Assembly (NCBI GenBank): GCA_049610685.1
Contig: JBMYZU010000011.1
Span: 7,353 to 71,352, forward strand
Reading direction: 5' to 3'
Length of the DNA: 64,000 bases
Source: Chitinophagales bacterium
GTDB taxonomy: Bacteria > Bacteroidota > Bacteroidia > Chitinophagales > UBA8649
This document shows, piece after piece, positions 49,371 through 59,080 of this stretch (positions are counted from its first letter, which is position 1; every line of letters begins with the position of its first letter). Position numbers and translations under genes: made by a program. The notes beneath the pieces are model-generated. The model ran no database searches. It was not told the origin of the DNA and saw only the letters and a list, made by a program, of their open reading frames with translations.

Positions 49371-50492
49371 ATGAATGCGCTGCCTAACGATCGTCCATTT
49401 TACTTACTCAACGAGGACAAAATCATTGCGAATCTCGCTCGAATACAGCAAGTAAAAGATGCTACAGGTTGTACTATACTCATGGCCCTAAAGGCCTTTT
49501 CACACTATCAAGTGTTTCCCCTGTTAGCCCAAACGCTAGATGGTTGTACAGCTTCTTCCCTGCACGAAGCCCGCTTAGCGCACGAATACTTTCCAGGACA
49601 TCATCACGCCTACAGTCCGGCCTATAGTCCACGAGATTTTCCGGAATGGACGGATTACAGCCAAACATTTACCGCCAATTCCTTACAACAAGTAGAATTC
49701 CTTCAAAATCTACCCACGCAACACAACCTAGAGATTGGACTTCGTATCAATCCTCTCCAGCGCGAGGCAAGCAATCCATTATATGATCCGTCTTCGCCTC
49801 AGTCTCGACTTGGTGTCACTGCAAAAGCTCTTAAGAATCAGTGGCCAAAAGGTGTAACAGGCCTGCACATCCATAATTTATGTGAGAATGATAGCCACTC
49901 CCTTGAACGAACGATAGACTCTCTAGAACGAAATGCAAAGTTTGCCTTAGAAGCTTGTCAATGGATAAATCTTGGCGGAGGCCATATGATCAGCAAAGAC
50001 AATTATGACCGATCGCATCTTATTCAACTCATTGACCATCTTCAAAAAACCTATAGTCTAAAGGTCATTCTTGAACCAGGAGCTGCCGTCGTGTGGGAAG
50101 CAGGAAACCTCCACGCCCATGTCCTTGATATCGTGGCACATGACGAAGTAGCCACTGCCCTCCTTGACGTAAGCATTACGGCTCATATGCCGGATTGTAT
50201 TGAAATGCCCTACACACCTCAAGTACGGGAAGGAAGAATTACCGATAAGGGGTGTAGATATCGCCTTGGTGGAAATTCATGTTTGGCAGGAGACTTTGTG
50301 GGCGACTATCATTTTGAACATGGTCTCTTTATCGGAGATGAAGTCATTTTCTTAGACATGGCGCATTATACTACGGTTAAAACGCACTTTTTTAATGGCG
50401 TTCATCATCCGTCGGTATACTTACAGCATACAGATGGCTCATACACTTGCTTAAAAACCTTTGATTATACAGACTATCAGTCAAAGCTTTGA
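49371..50492 (+). CDS. nspC: Carboxy(nor)spermidine decarboxylase
   Basis: PLP Lys in ALKAF; SRLG, HNLCE, NLGGGH, HMPD and SCLAGD motifs. Alternative TTG start at 49362. Confidence 0.92.
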   Translation: MNALPNDRPFYLLNEDKIIANLARIQQVKDATGCTILMALKAFSHYQVFPLLAQTLDGCTASSLHEARLAHEYFPGHHHAYSPAYSPRDFPEWTDYSQTFTANSLQQVEFLQNLPTQHNLEIGLRINPLQREASNPLYDPSSPQSRLGVTAKALKNQWPKGVTGLHIHNLCENDSHSLERTIDSLERNAKFALEACQWINLGGGHMISKDNYDRSHLIQLIDHLQKTYSLKVILEPGAAVVWEAGNLHAHVLDIVAHDEVATALLDVSITAHMPDCIEMPYTPQVREGRITDKGCRYRLGGNSCLAGDFVGDYHFEHGLFIGDEVIFLDMAHYTTVKTHFFNGVHHPSVYLQHTDGSYTCLKTFDYTDYQSKL

Positions 50493-51541
50493 ACCCAATC
50501 GAGTTCATCCTGTATGGTAGATTGCTGTCTATTATAGAAATCGTACAATAAGTTAAAGACAAAACGAGGGTCTTCTTCATGAGGAACATGTCCTGTAGCC
50601 GGCATTTCAACTAGGTAACCTTCTTGTAAATCCCGCATAAACCGATTGCGGTGTGCGAAGGGCAACACCTCGTCTTCTTCACCCCATAGAATCATCGTAG
50701 GTTGTGTAAGTTGCTGAATACGCACTGTGTCAGCCATTTCTTGACTTAATATCATGGTACGTTGCCAATGTATACGATCGGGCAGGTTCATAAAGGCATA
50801 GCCGGCATCAACACGGTGGCTAAACCAGTTACTCGGCAACACTTCTTTATTGTAAAAACTGTAATTGGCAGCATCTTCACGCGATTCTCGAGACACCCCT
50901 AAGCGAAGATTGAGCATTGTCCCTACATACCAAGGCGCCATTCCTTCTACATAAGGCTGCGTAATGGAATCCCAAGCATAGCCAGCTGGGGCCATCAACA
51001 TCATCGATTGCACTAGGTCAGGACGTTCATAGGCTAAATTCCAAGATAACATCCCTCCTAGTGAATTCGCTAGGATCATACAAGAGTCTACCCCAGCATC
51101 CTCAAGAACTGCAGCCACTGCTCCTGTAAAATGCGATTGAAAACTAAAATCCTCGGGAAGCGTCTTGTAATTGGGTGGATTACTCAAACCAAATCCTGGT
51201 AAATCAATGCCTATTACCCGAAAACTGTCCAAAATCGGCGTATTCTCCAAGAGTGGCGTAAAATGATAAAAACAACTATTTAGGCCGTGTATTGCAACAA
51301 CCACTCGCTCTCCATATCCCGTATCTACATAATGCACTTGTCCGCCTTCATAGTCAATAAAATATGAATTGGGCGTCATATAGCGCTCAAAAACCACTTC
51401 AGCATCACTTTGATGTTTCGGCCAAAGAAAATAGAGCAAGCCAAGTATAAAGGGAATCAATCCCAAAAGAATGACAATGACTCGCTTTAGCCTAGAATAT
51501 CTTGGTTTGGGAGATGCAGTGGATGAGTGTTGCATAGACAA
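50477..51541 (-). CDS. Membrane-anchored alpha/beta hydrolase
   Basis: IHGLNS, IDLPGFGLS, nucleophile ANSLGG, WGEED and GHVPHEE motifs. Confidence 0.88.
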   Translation of the reverse strand: MSMQHSSTASPKPRYSRLKRVIVILLGLIPFILGLLYFLWPKHQSDAEVVFERYMTPNSYFIDYEGGQVHYVDTGYGERVVVAIHGLNSCFYHFTPLLENTPILDSFRVIGIDLPGFGLSNPPNYKTLPEDFSFQSHFTGAVAAVLEDAGVDSCMILANSLGGMLSWNLAYERPDLVQSMMLMAPAGYAWDSITQPYVEGMAPWYVGTMLNLRLGVSRESREDAANYSFYNKEVLPSNWFSHRVDAGYAFMNLPDRIHWQRTMILSQEMADTVRIQQLTQPTMILWGEEDEVLPFAHRNRFMRDLQEGYLVEMPATGHVPHEEDPRFVFNLLYDFYNRQQSTIQDELDWVQSFD

Positions 51542-51562
51542 TCTTCTAATCGATGATTTGTC

Positions 51563-52522
51563 CTAAAACCAACGTTTACGACGGAAATAGAGCCAGAAAA
51601 ACAAAGGAAGTACAACGGAAATACCTAATAAGGTCCAAAATGGCCATAACGAGGTTTGTCCAGCCTCTTGCATAGGCAAAGCTATATTCATGCCGTAAAA
51701 GCTTGCTATAACCATCGGAAGGGTTAATACAATCGTAATGACCGTAAGACGCTGTACTGTGCGACCTAAGTTGTTTGAAATGATTGATGCAAAGGCATCC
51801 ATCATACTGTTTACAATGTTGGTATAGATATCCGCCATCTCCGAGGCCTGACCATTGTCGATAATGATATCCTCGAGGAAGTCATCCTGCTCTTCATTAC
51901 CTTGAATCTTCAAGAAATTCGTGCGCCGCATTCGATTCATCATCAAATCATTGGCACGAAGGTTTGTTACAAAGTAAACAAGGCTTTTTTGGAGGTCTAG
52001 AAGGTTTTTGAGGTCCCGATTTCGGCTCGAGCGATAGATCTCACTCTCAAAGGTGTAACGCTTGGTATTGATTTCCTTAAGGTAATACTGGAAATAATGG
52101 ACATTGCGATCAAGTAACCTCAGGGTAAACCACTGCTGGTCTTCTATCTTAAGCATTTTAATACGCCCATGAAGAAAATCGTCGATAACCGGATTCTTGA
52201 AGGAAGAAATCGTAATGATAAAATCAGGTGTTGAGATAATACCAATCGGAATGGTAATGTACAGGGCCTCATCTTTTACGAAGGCCTCATTTCGAACTGG
52301 AGTGTTAACCACTACGAGATCAATTTCTTCTTCGGATTCATAGCGAGAACGCTCATCGGTATCTAGACTATCCGTAAGGAAGTCAATAGGTACGTTGTTT
52401 TGAGAAGCAAAGTCCTCTAACTGACTTCGATCAAAAGGAGGATAGATGTTTACCCAACACCCCTTTTCAACTTGCTCTAAACGCTCAAGCCTTCCATTTT
52501 TCTGTGTTAAAATATCGATCAT
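51563..52522 (-). CDS. CorA family Mg2+ transporter
   Basis: YGMN motif between two C-terminal TM helices; SIISNN. Confidence 0.92.
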   Translation of the reverse strand: MIDILTQKNGRLERLEQVEKGCWVNIYPPFDRSQLEDFASQNNVPIDFLTDSLDTDERSRYESEEEIDLVVVNTPVRNEAFVKDEALYITIPIGIISTPDFIITISSFKNPVIDDFLHGRIKMLKIEDQQWFTLRLLDRNVHYFQYYLKEINTKRYTFESEIYRSSRNRDLKNLLDLQKSLVYFVTNLRANDLMMNRMRRTNFLKIQGNEEQDDFLEDIIIDNGQASEMADIYTNIVNSMMDAFASIISNNLGRTVQRLTVITIVLTLPMVIASFYGMNIALPMQEAGQTSLWPFWTLLGISVVLPLFFWLYFRRKRWF

Positions 52523-52532
52523 CCTCCTCCAT

Positions 52533-53048
52533 CTATTGATTACTAAATAAGGTTTTCAAATCGGTGGCCTTGTTAGGATCAAGACGACCTGCAAGGACTA
52601 AACGCATTTCTCGTCGCTTTAATGCCCCTTCATAACGGTCTTTTTCCTCAGCAGTTTCTGGAAGTAGCTCAGGAGATGGCTTAGGCCGTCCGTTACTATC
52701 AAGCGCTACAAAGGTATAATACGCCGCATTACACTTGTAACGCGTCTTGGTAGGAATATTTTCTGCCCAAACCTCAATATAGGTTTCAATGGAGGTATTA
52801 AAGGCTCTGGTAACCTCTGCATTAATGGTGACTACATCACCGAGCTTAATGGGATTTTCAAAGGAAACCTGATCGACAGATACTGTGACAACCACTGATT
52901 GAGCGTGCTTTCCGGAAGCAATCGCTGAAGCAATATCCATCCAGTGAAGGATTTTACCTCCGCGTAAGTTGCCCAATGCATTCGTATCGTTAGGCAACAC
53001 AATCTCCGTCATCGTAGTGCGAGAATATGAAGGAGTGCGAGCTTCCAT
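52533..53048 (-). CDS. Acyl-CoA thioesterase (hotdog fold)
   Basis: LPNDTNALGNLRGG..WMD, VTVSVD and YTFVALD motifs. Confidence 0.92.
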   Translation of the reverse strand: MEARTPSYSRTTMTEIVLPNDTNALGNLRGGKILHWMDIASAIASGKHAQSVVVTVSVDQVSFENPIKLGDVVTINAEVTRAFNTSIETYIEVWAENIPTKTRYKCNAAYYTFVALDSNGRPKPSPELLPETAEEKDRYEGALKRREMRLVLAGRLDPNKATDLKTLFSNQ

Positions 53049-53184
53049 GACCTAGGTTTGCTGTAAAAATAGGGACTATAGCGCGTTCTCTGTAAGAAAC
53101 ATGCGTACATCAATTTATAAGTGTAGTACTTCGTGGACATTCACCATAAATACCTATCAATAGATACTAAGTCAGTACGCCTTA

Positions 53185-54291
53185 CTATCCTCCTCCAAGG
53201 GCTAATAAGGCAGGCAGTGCTTGATAGTTAAAGTCAAACAGCGCTTGATTTTCCCAAGGAGAGGCATCGGTAGCCTGAGGGCCTTTCCAAGCAATCAATT
53301 CCCCTCCCCAATAACAATATCCAATCCCTCCATCAACGGCACGAACTCGATCCGTCACATCCCTGACGAAATCTGACTGTCCTGCAGGAGATGCTGGATA
53401 CTCCGGCAAAATTAAATGCTCTTGAAGCCCTACGATATTATTGGTATAATCATTCCAATCCAAGGTAAAGGGATAGGCGGTTTCGGCAATCACAATGTCT
53501 TTATCGTGCATAGTAGCTAACTGCTGCATGGTAACGGATAGGCTATCTAAGTTTTTTCCATGCCAAATAGGATAATACGAGAGTCCTATGATATCATAAT
53601 CTACCGAATCGACTATATCATAAAACCACTCAGCATCGCTGATTCCAGCGTAATGAATGATAATCTCACAGTCACTGGAAGTTGCACGAACAGCCGCACT
53701 TGACTGTCCTAGTAATTGCAGAAAACCTTCACGATTGTCCGTGATATGGCCATAAGGGTGTAATAAGCCACTATTGATCTCATTGCCCAATTGAATGTAA
53801 TCTGGGCGGATCTCAGCAACAACCTTTTCTGTGTAATCGTATACAGAGTCCACTAATGCCTCAAACGGTAAATTCTGCCATTGCGATGGAAGACTCTGTT
53901 GGCCAGGATCTGCCCAAGTATCCGAATAATGGAGACTTAACCAAATCTTAAACCCCTGAGCTTTCAACTCATTTGAAAAGGTGAATACTTCTTGAAATCC
54001 TGAATATCCCTCACTTGGGTTAACCCACAAGCGCAAACGAATCGTATTGATTCCCTCTTCCTTAAGAATATTCAAAAGAGGCTCAACTTCGCCCGCAGCG
54101 TTGAGATAATTCACATTGGATAGGGCTATTTCAGGATAAGATGAGATATCAACCGCTTTTATCAAAGCGCTAGATCCCACATCAGGAATATGAACAGGGC
54201 GAACCTCGTTTTCACAGGCAATAAAACCACATATCACCCAAACCCATAATAGCCTACCTAAAAAGAAACAACTAGCGTCTCTCCGTACCAT
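53185..54291 (-). CDS. GH53 endo-beta-1,4-galactanase (lipoprotein)
   Basis: IRLRLWVNP, HYSDTWADPGQQ, catalytic GNEIN and IAETAYP, WENQALFDF. Start ATG 54291 gives a signal ending FIAC. Confidence 0.9.
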   Translation of the reverse strand: MVRRDASCFFLGRLLWVWVICGFIACENEVRPVHIPDVGSSALIKAVDISSYPEIALSNVNYLNAAGEVEPLLNILKEEGINTIRLRLWVNPSEGYSGFQEVFTFSNELKAQGFKIWLSLHYSDTWADPGQQSLPSQWQNLPFEALVDSVYDYTEKVVAEIRPDYIQLGNEINSGLLHPYGHITDNREGFLQLLGQSSAAVRATSSDCEIIIHYAGISDAEWFYDIVDSVDYDIIGLSYYPIWHGKNLDSLSVTMQQLATMHDKDIVIAETAYPFTLDWNDYTNNIVGLQEHLILPEYPASPAGQSDFVRDVTDRVRAVDGGIGYCYWGGELIAWKGPQATDASPWENQALFDFNYQALPALLALGGG

Positions 54292-54351
54292 CCTAGACAA
54301 CGTGAGAGATTTATTCAATGTTTCTGCTGTCTCAAACAAGATAAAATCCAA

Positions 54352-54400
54352 CCTTATCAGGGACTGCACAAAATGTGCAAGTCCCGTAAGATCGATAAGG
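54352..54400. terminator. Stem-loop just downstream of the TonB receptor gene
   Basis: GGGACT-GCACA/TGTGC-A-AGTCCC stem with outer CCTTATC/GATAAGG arms. Confidence 0.55.
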
Positions 54401-54409
54401 TGAAATATC

Positions 54410-57364
54410 CTAGAACTTCTGCGCTAAACGAAGCATCGTTACACGACCAATCTCAGGCGTTCCAGGGAAACGCTGTAGATCCGTTCCAAGAACATTGGTC
54501 ATATCCAAAGTTAACGTAGTATTCTCAGCCCAAGTTGGGGTATAACGGATTCCTAGGTCCAAGAGATTCTGAGCTACAACCGTTCCTTGATAAATTGCTG
54601 AATTCGCAGGGAAAGCTTCCGACCATCTCCAATTTGTAGAAAATCCTAGACCACACTTAGGAAGCGTGTAGTCCAAACCTAGTGCTCCTCTAAATCGTGC
54701 AGCATTTAATGGAATAACTCCACCTGCAACGCCCTCAAGTTCAAATTCATTTTTATTTAGAAAGGAAAAGGCACCATTAATGGCCAAGTTCTCATTTGGT
54801 AGATACTTAAACTGGATGTCACCACCCCAGAAGTTAACCTGTCCTAAGTTGAGGTAAGTAAGAATCACGTCACTACCAATCTGATCTTGATCAGGAACAA
54901 TGACGCCAAGACCTAAAACATTAAGCTGCGACATAATAGTGTTCGCTAATTCATCTGCTCCTGTTCCTTGAATCTGATCAAAGGTAGACCCCGTGTAATC
55001 AGGATTGCCATCAAGAAGACTTGTGAGAAGATCCTTAATATCATTTGGAAGTGCCTCATAGTTTTGATAGAGCGTGCTATTTTGGAAATCCTGAACTCCG
55101 AGCACACCTGCTAGAGAAGTTGGCTCAAAAATCACACTATACGAAGCCGTAGTTAACGGACTTGTAAAGTTGGAAATCTGCTGATAGTATAGATCAGTCG
55201 TTAAGAACAATTTATCGGCTATAATTCCTTTGTACCCTACTTCATAGGTTTGGGTAATTGAAGACTTAACCGCATCAAGATTACTGATGGTATTGATATC
55301 TATAGTAGCTGCACCGTAATCACCGCCTGTTGCAGCGAGTGTAGCGAGATCAATCACCATTTGGTCAGCATTTTGAATGGTTCCCGTCGAGTTATTCCAA
55401 ATTCCTTGTGACAAGGTATTTAAGACTAAGGCAACTTGACCAGCATTGACATCATCGGATAGTTTAGCAAGTTCCGAACCTAGAACGTCTGCCATAGCTC
55501 CGAAGTACCGATAGTTATCGGCAGTATTTCCAAAGGAAGCCCAGTCATTGAGTGGATTGTTGTCAAAGTCAATATTGTAGGCTCCAGGACTACGGAATTG
55601 AGGTAATCCGTTGGCGTCATACCGGTAATCAAATCCTGTAGAGTTTCCATATCCTCGAATGGTTACCCCATTAGGCAAGAAGGTATTGGCAAGGTCTAGT
55701 GAGAAGTTTAATGATGTTGGTGCGCTAAAGGCTCTGTTATACGTTCCTCTGAATGTGTGGCGCGCAGCAGGCTTGTAGACAATAGCAGCCCGTGGAGACA
55801 CTTGAAGCTCCTGAATACGGTCTTGATAATCTAATCGAAGCGCACCCAAGAATGAAAGCTTCCCATCCATTAACTTGTATTCTGCCTGACCATACGCACC
55901 ATACTGATTGATGTTATCATCATCGTCGAATCGTCCATTAATTGTACCCTCAGTGTTCGGACGCGTACCGATATAGTCAAAGCCATAGATAAAGTCGAAA
56001 TTATCTACGTTGTCCATTCGTCCTTGGATTTGCGCTACATGAAGTTTAGACTTATCAATGAGCAACTGCATAGCATGTGGCTGAGGCTCTCCCCCTGATT
56101 GCGGCAATAGGTAAGTATCACCCGCATCCGAAGCATTGATGTAATACTGTGCAAACCAGTTTTTATAATTCATGCGAAGTTGACCTGTGTAATAATTCCA
56201 GTTTTTCCCTTGCGCGGCACCTAGTCCTGTAAGCTCAATATTCGTTGTATTGGCTAATCCAAAATTGGCAATCATATTGAAGTCACGAGATGGCGCATAG
56301 TCAATTCGTCCATCTATATTGTAGGTCTGAATACCATAATCACGAGCAAAGGTTTCTACACCTCTTGCCGTATCCACTACAAAGGCTCCACCGTCTTGTA
56401 CTGTACCAAAAATGATGTCATCACCAAATGCAGGCTCTCTTGGATCTTGGTATTCAAAATCATTTCCTTGCAGATAACGTCCTGAGATTTTATAGCCAAA
56501 CTTATCGCTCAACTTCGCACTATGGCGAATCTCCGGGCTATACAGCATACGTGAACCAAAGGAAGTATTCGTCGGCGTAAACGAAATCCCCTGAGCATCG
56601 ATCAAGCCATCATCTTGGCTACGTACACCCATCGTCATGGAAACAGTAGTCTCATACTTATCCTCTTGATCTAACGGAGACTTGGTACGAATAGCAAACA
56701 CCCCGTCGGCAGCGTTTGGTCCATAGAGTGCCGAAGCAGGACCACGAACAATTTCCATGCTCTCGATATCACTTGGAGTGGTTGGCATTAATTGGAAGGC
56801 ATTCACACGTAGCGAAGGCACACGACCAATTCGATCATCCACCACAGTAAGCATGGCGCCTGAGAAAATATTATTGAAACCGCGAATATTGACATTCACT
56901 CCGACAAGACCTGTCTTCATCACGTCAACACCAGCTACTTTCGTAAGATGATCAGTAGGCACAATAGCTACTGTTTTGGCCAAATCAGCTGAGTTAATCA
57001 CCGTTACTGAAGCCGGAGCATCAATAACCTTTTCACTTCGTTTAGAAGCAGAAACTACCGTACCACCAAGTTGAGTAGCATTGGACTTCATAGAAAGCTC
57101 AAGCATTGATCCTGCTTGAAATTCCATCGTCTCCATGCCCAACGACTCGATGCTCAACATCGAACTAGCTGAAGCTACTTCGATCGTAAAATCACCCATA
57201 ATGTCAGTGGCAACTGCATTATCCGTTCCTATTTCGCGGACTGCAGCTCCTACAACAGGTTCACCTGATTCGTCGGTAACATTACCCGTAGCTGTGAATT
57301 GAGCCATAAGTGTTGAGGCCGTAGCAAGCAACACCATACCAAGAGTTAATAGTCTGTTTCTCAT
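54410..57364 (-). CDS. TonB-dependent receptor (non-SusC) with N-terminal carboxypeptidase-regulatory-like domain
   Basis: VVSASK box, plug NIRGFN..EIVRGPASALYG, beta-barrel ending in C-terminal Phe. Confidence 0.92.
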   Translation of the reverse strand: MRNRLLTLGMVLLATASTLMAQFTATGNVTDESGEPVVGAAVREIGTDNAVATDIMGDFTIEVASASSMLSIESLGMETMEFQAGSMLELSMKSNATQLGGTVVSASKRSEKVIDAPASVTVINSADLAKTVAIVPTDHLTKVAGVDVMKTGLVGVNVNIRGFNNIFSGAMLTVVDDRIGRVPSLRVNAFQLMPTTPSDIESMEIVRGPASALYGPNAADGVFAIRTKSPLDQEDKYETTVSMTMGVRSQDDGLIDAQGISFTPTNTSFGSRMLYSPEIRHSAKLSDKFGYKISGRYLQGNDFEYQDPREPAFGDDIIFGTVQDGGAFVVDTARGVETFARDYGIQTYNIDGRIDYAPSRDFNMIANFGLANTTNIELTGLGAAQGKNWNYYTGQLRMNYKNWFAQYYINASDAGDTYLLPQSGGEPQPHAMQLLIDKSKLHVAQIQGRMDNVDNFDFIYGFDYIGTRPNTEGTINGRFDDDDNINQYGAYGQAEYKLMDGKLSFLGALRLDYQDRIQELQVSPRAAIVYKPAARHTFRGTYNRAFSAPTSLNFSLDLANTFLPNGVTIRGYGNSTGFDYRYDANGLPQFRSPGAYNIDFDNNPLNDWASFGNTADNYRYFGAMADVLGSELAKLSDDVNAGQVALVLNTLSQGIWNNSTGTIQNADQMVIDLATLAATGGDYGAATIDINTISNLDAVKSSITQTYEVGYKGIIADKLFLTTDLYYQQISNFTSPLTTASYSVIFEPTSLAGVLGVQDFQNSTLYQNYEALPNDIKDLLTSLLDGNPDYTGSTFDQIQGTGADELANTIMSQLNVLGLGVIVPDQDQIGSDVILTYLNLGQVNFWGGDIQFKYLPNENLAINGAFSFLNKNEFELEGVAGGVIPLNAARFRGALGLDYTLPKCGLGFSTNWRWSEAFPANSAIYQGTVVAQNLLDLGIRYTPTWAENTTLTLDMTNVLGTDLQRFPGTPEIGRVTMLRLAQKF

Positions 57365-57534
57365 AATTTATATCCGTTAACGAGTATAAAGTTAAAGAAA
57401 TTTAAAATTGGCCTACAATCAAGTGTGCACAGGCAGTACAGCAGTAACCTAATGATTAGACAAAAGCAATTTTTGAGGAAAACAGATCAGAGACAAATTT
57501 TTTCAAATAAAGATGGTATTTTCGCCAATCCAAT

Positions 57535-57608
57535 GGCGCTGTAGCTTAACTGGATAGAGCACCTGACTACGGATCAGGAGGTTCGGGGTTCGAATCCCTG
57601 CAGCGTCA
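57535..57608 (+). tRNA. tRNA-Arg(ACG)
   Basis: Acceptor stem GGCGCTG/CAGCGTC, anticodon arm CCTGA-CTACGGA-TCAGG, T arm GGTTCGAATCC; CCA not encoded. Confidence 0.96.
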
Positions 57609-57610
57609 CG

Positions 57611-57655
57611 AAAGCGGAGATTTGATGTAAAACACGACATCTTCTCCGCTTTTTT
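57611..57655 (+). terminator. Intrinsic terminator after tRNA-Arg
   Basis: AAAGCGGAGA/TCTCCGCTTT stem, inner GATGT/ACATC, followed by a T-tract. Confidence 0.75.
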
Positions 57656-57674
57656 GTTTCATTACTACACCATA

Positions 57675-57775
57675 ACAGGGATGAGAAGCCCGAATACCGC
57701 AACGCGGTCGGATTTTGATCTGAGCGAAGCGAACACACGGAGAATCCTTTCGACGTAATCCCTGCAGCGTCGCCA
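57675..57775 (+). repeat. tRNA-linked structured element with inverted and direct copies of the tRNA 3' arm
   Basis: 57675-57694 matches the reverse complement of the T arm at 16/20; 57757-57771 is identical to tRNA 57593-57607. Confidence 0.7.
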
Positions 57776-57895
57776 TTAGATTAGATTTGATTCGATTAAA
57801 CCATTTAGATTTTTACTCCGATTCATTCTCTTTGTTTCCCGACATACTTTGTTTCAGCGCTCAGGGTTGTTTAAATTCGATTCATTCAAGAACAT

Positions 57896-58948
57896 ATGAG
57901 AGGAAAAACCCTATTATCCGCAATAATCATTTCAACGTTTGTTTTAAAAGCTAAATCACAAGACCCTCTTGTATCAGCTTTTTTTGGACTTGATAATGCG
58001 CTACCAAGTCTATTGTGCAATCAAGTTGGAAGCCTGTTAGATGGCATGCCTGTTAATTTTAGATTCCCATTAGATGCATCCAGTTTATCGGAAACTGATT
58101 TTGAAGTTTTAGATAGCCTTGGCAATACATATACCCCTATTTGTGCTTTTCTCGCCCCAGCTAATGAAAACGGTGAAAATCGAACGGTGCTTCTATTAGG
58201 AGAATTTGGCACCGCTGTTACCAATCCGCCGGTTGAAGTTCGAGTTGTAGGGGATTTGTTTACCACGGATACCTTATCTGGCGAGTCCGCTTGTTCAGAA
58301 ATTATAAACCTAAATGGAATCACCACCACTAACATTGTTCCGCTTGATGATGGGCCAAGTTTATTCTTTGCCCAAAGCATTGATGGCAATCTAAATGAAT
58401 GCGATTCAGGAACACAAACGATTCAAGTGGCTTGGAATGGTGGTGTTACACCTTATATAAGTGGTGACACTGAATCTGACTTGTTTCAGTACTACATTGG
58501 CTACTCTGACAGTTCTGGAATTCTCATACCTCATATCCCTTTTTCGATAGCAGACATAAATGACAACGACAACTTTCACCAGCTTTGTTTTTCTACAAGT
58601 GATGAGATTGTTAAAATTTCAATGATGGCGAACACAGTAGAAGACCCAAACCAAGACCCCAATGAATACAGCGAAATTGAGGTTAGTTACTGTACGCCTT
58701 TGACAAGTATTGCAGAGAACCATGCCGGAAAAGAGTATACCATTTACCCAAATCCGTTTTCTGATGAAATTTTTATTGAGCACCTTATTGGTGATGAATA
58801 CTTTATCATGTACGACTTTTTAGGGCGAAAAATTATGGAAGGAACCTATTCAGAATCCATAAAAACAGTCGACATAGACTCAGGAATCTATTACATAACC
58901 ATCCTGAACAAAAATCATCAGACAACCTACAGGTTGATTAGACAGTGA
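57896..58948 (+). CDS. Secreted protein of unknown function with T9SS type A C-terminal sorting domain
   Basis: Signal peptide; CTD IYPNPFSD...YDFLGR...GIYYI...RLIRQ. Confidence 0.85.
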   Translation: MRGKTLLSAIIISTFVLKAKSQDPLVSAFFGLDNALPSLLCNQVGSLLDGMPVNFRFPLDASSLSETDFEVLDSLGNTYTPICAFLAPANENGENRTVLLLGEFGTAVTNPPVEVRVVGDLFTTDTLSGESACSEIINLNGITTTNIVPLDDGPSLFFAQSIDGNLNECDSGTQTIQVAWNGGVTPYISGDTESDLFQYYIGYSDSSGILIPHIPFSIADINDNDNFHQLCFSTSDEIVKISMMANTVEDPNQDPNEYSEIEVSYCTPLTSIAENHAGKEYTIYPNPFSDEIFIEHLIGDEYFIMYDFLGRKIMEGTYSESIKTVDIDSGIYYITILNKNHQTTYRLIRQ

Positions 58949-59080
58949 TGCACTTTACTCATTGAGCGTAGGCGAATAGTCGTTTGGGCTTGACATTTTG
59001 AAATGTAATGAAGATCTTCCCCGAAGGGAGGCGGGATGCGGTGGGCCATAATGAAAGCCGAAAGCGCAATGGATTCTCCC

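Noticed and set aside
57365..57534. Cobalamin or TPP riboswitch upstream of the TonB receptor
   Set aside because: AT-rich region without conserved riboswitch cores; a -7-like element lies only about 22 nt from the ATG.
58949..59080. Hammerhead ribozyme or group II intron domain V
   Set aside because: GAAA runs are present, but there is no CTGATGA core and no domain V stem.
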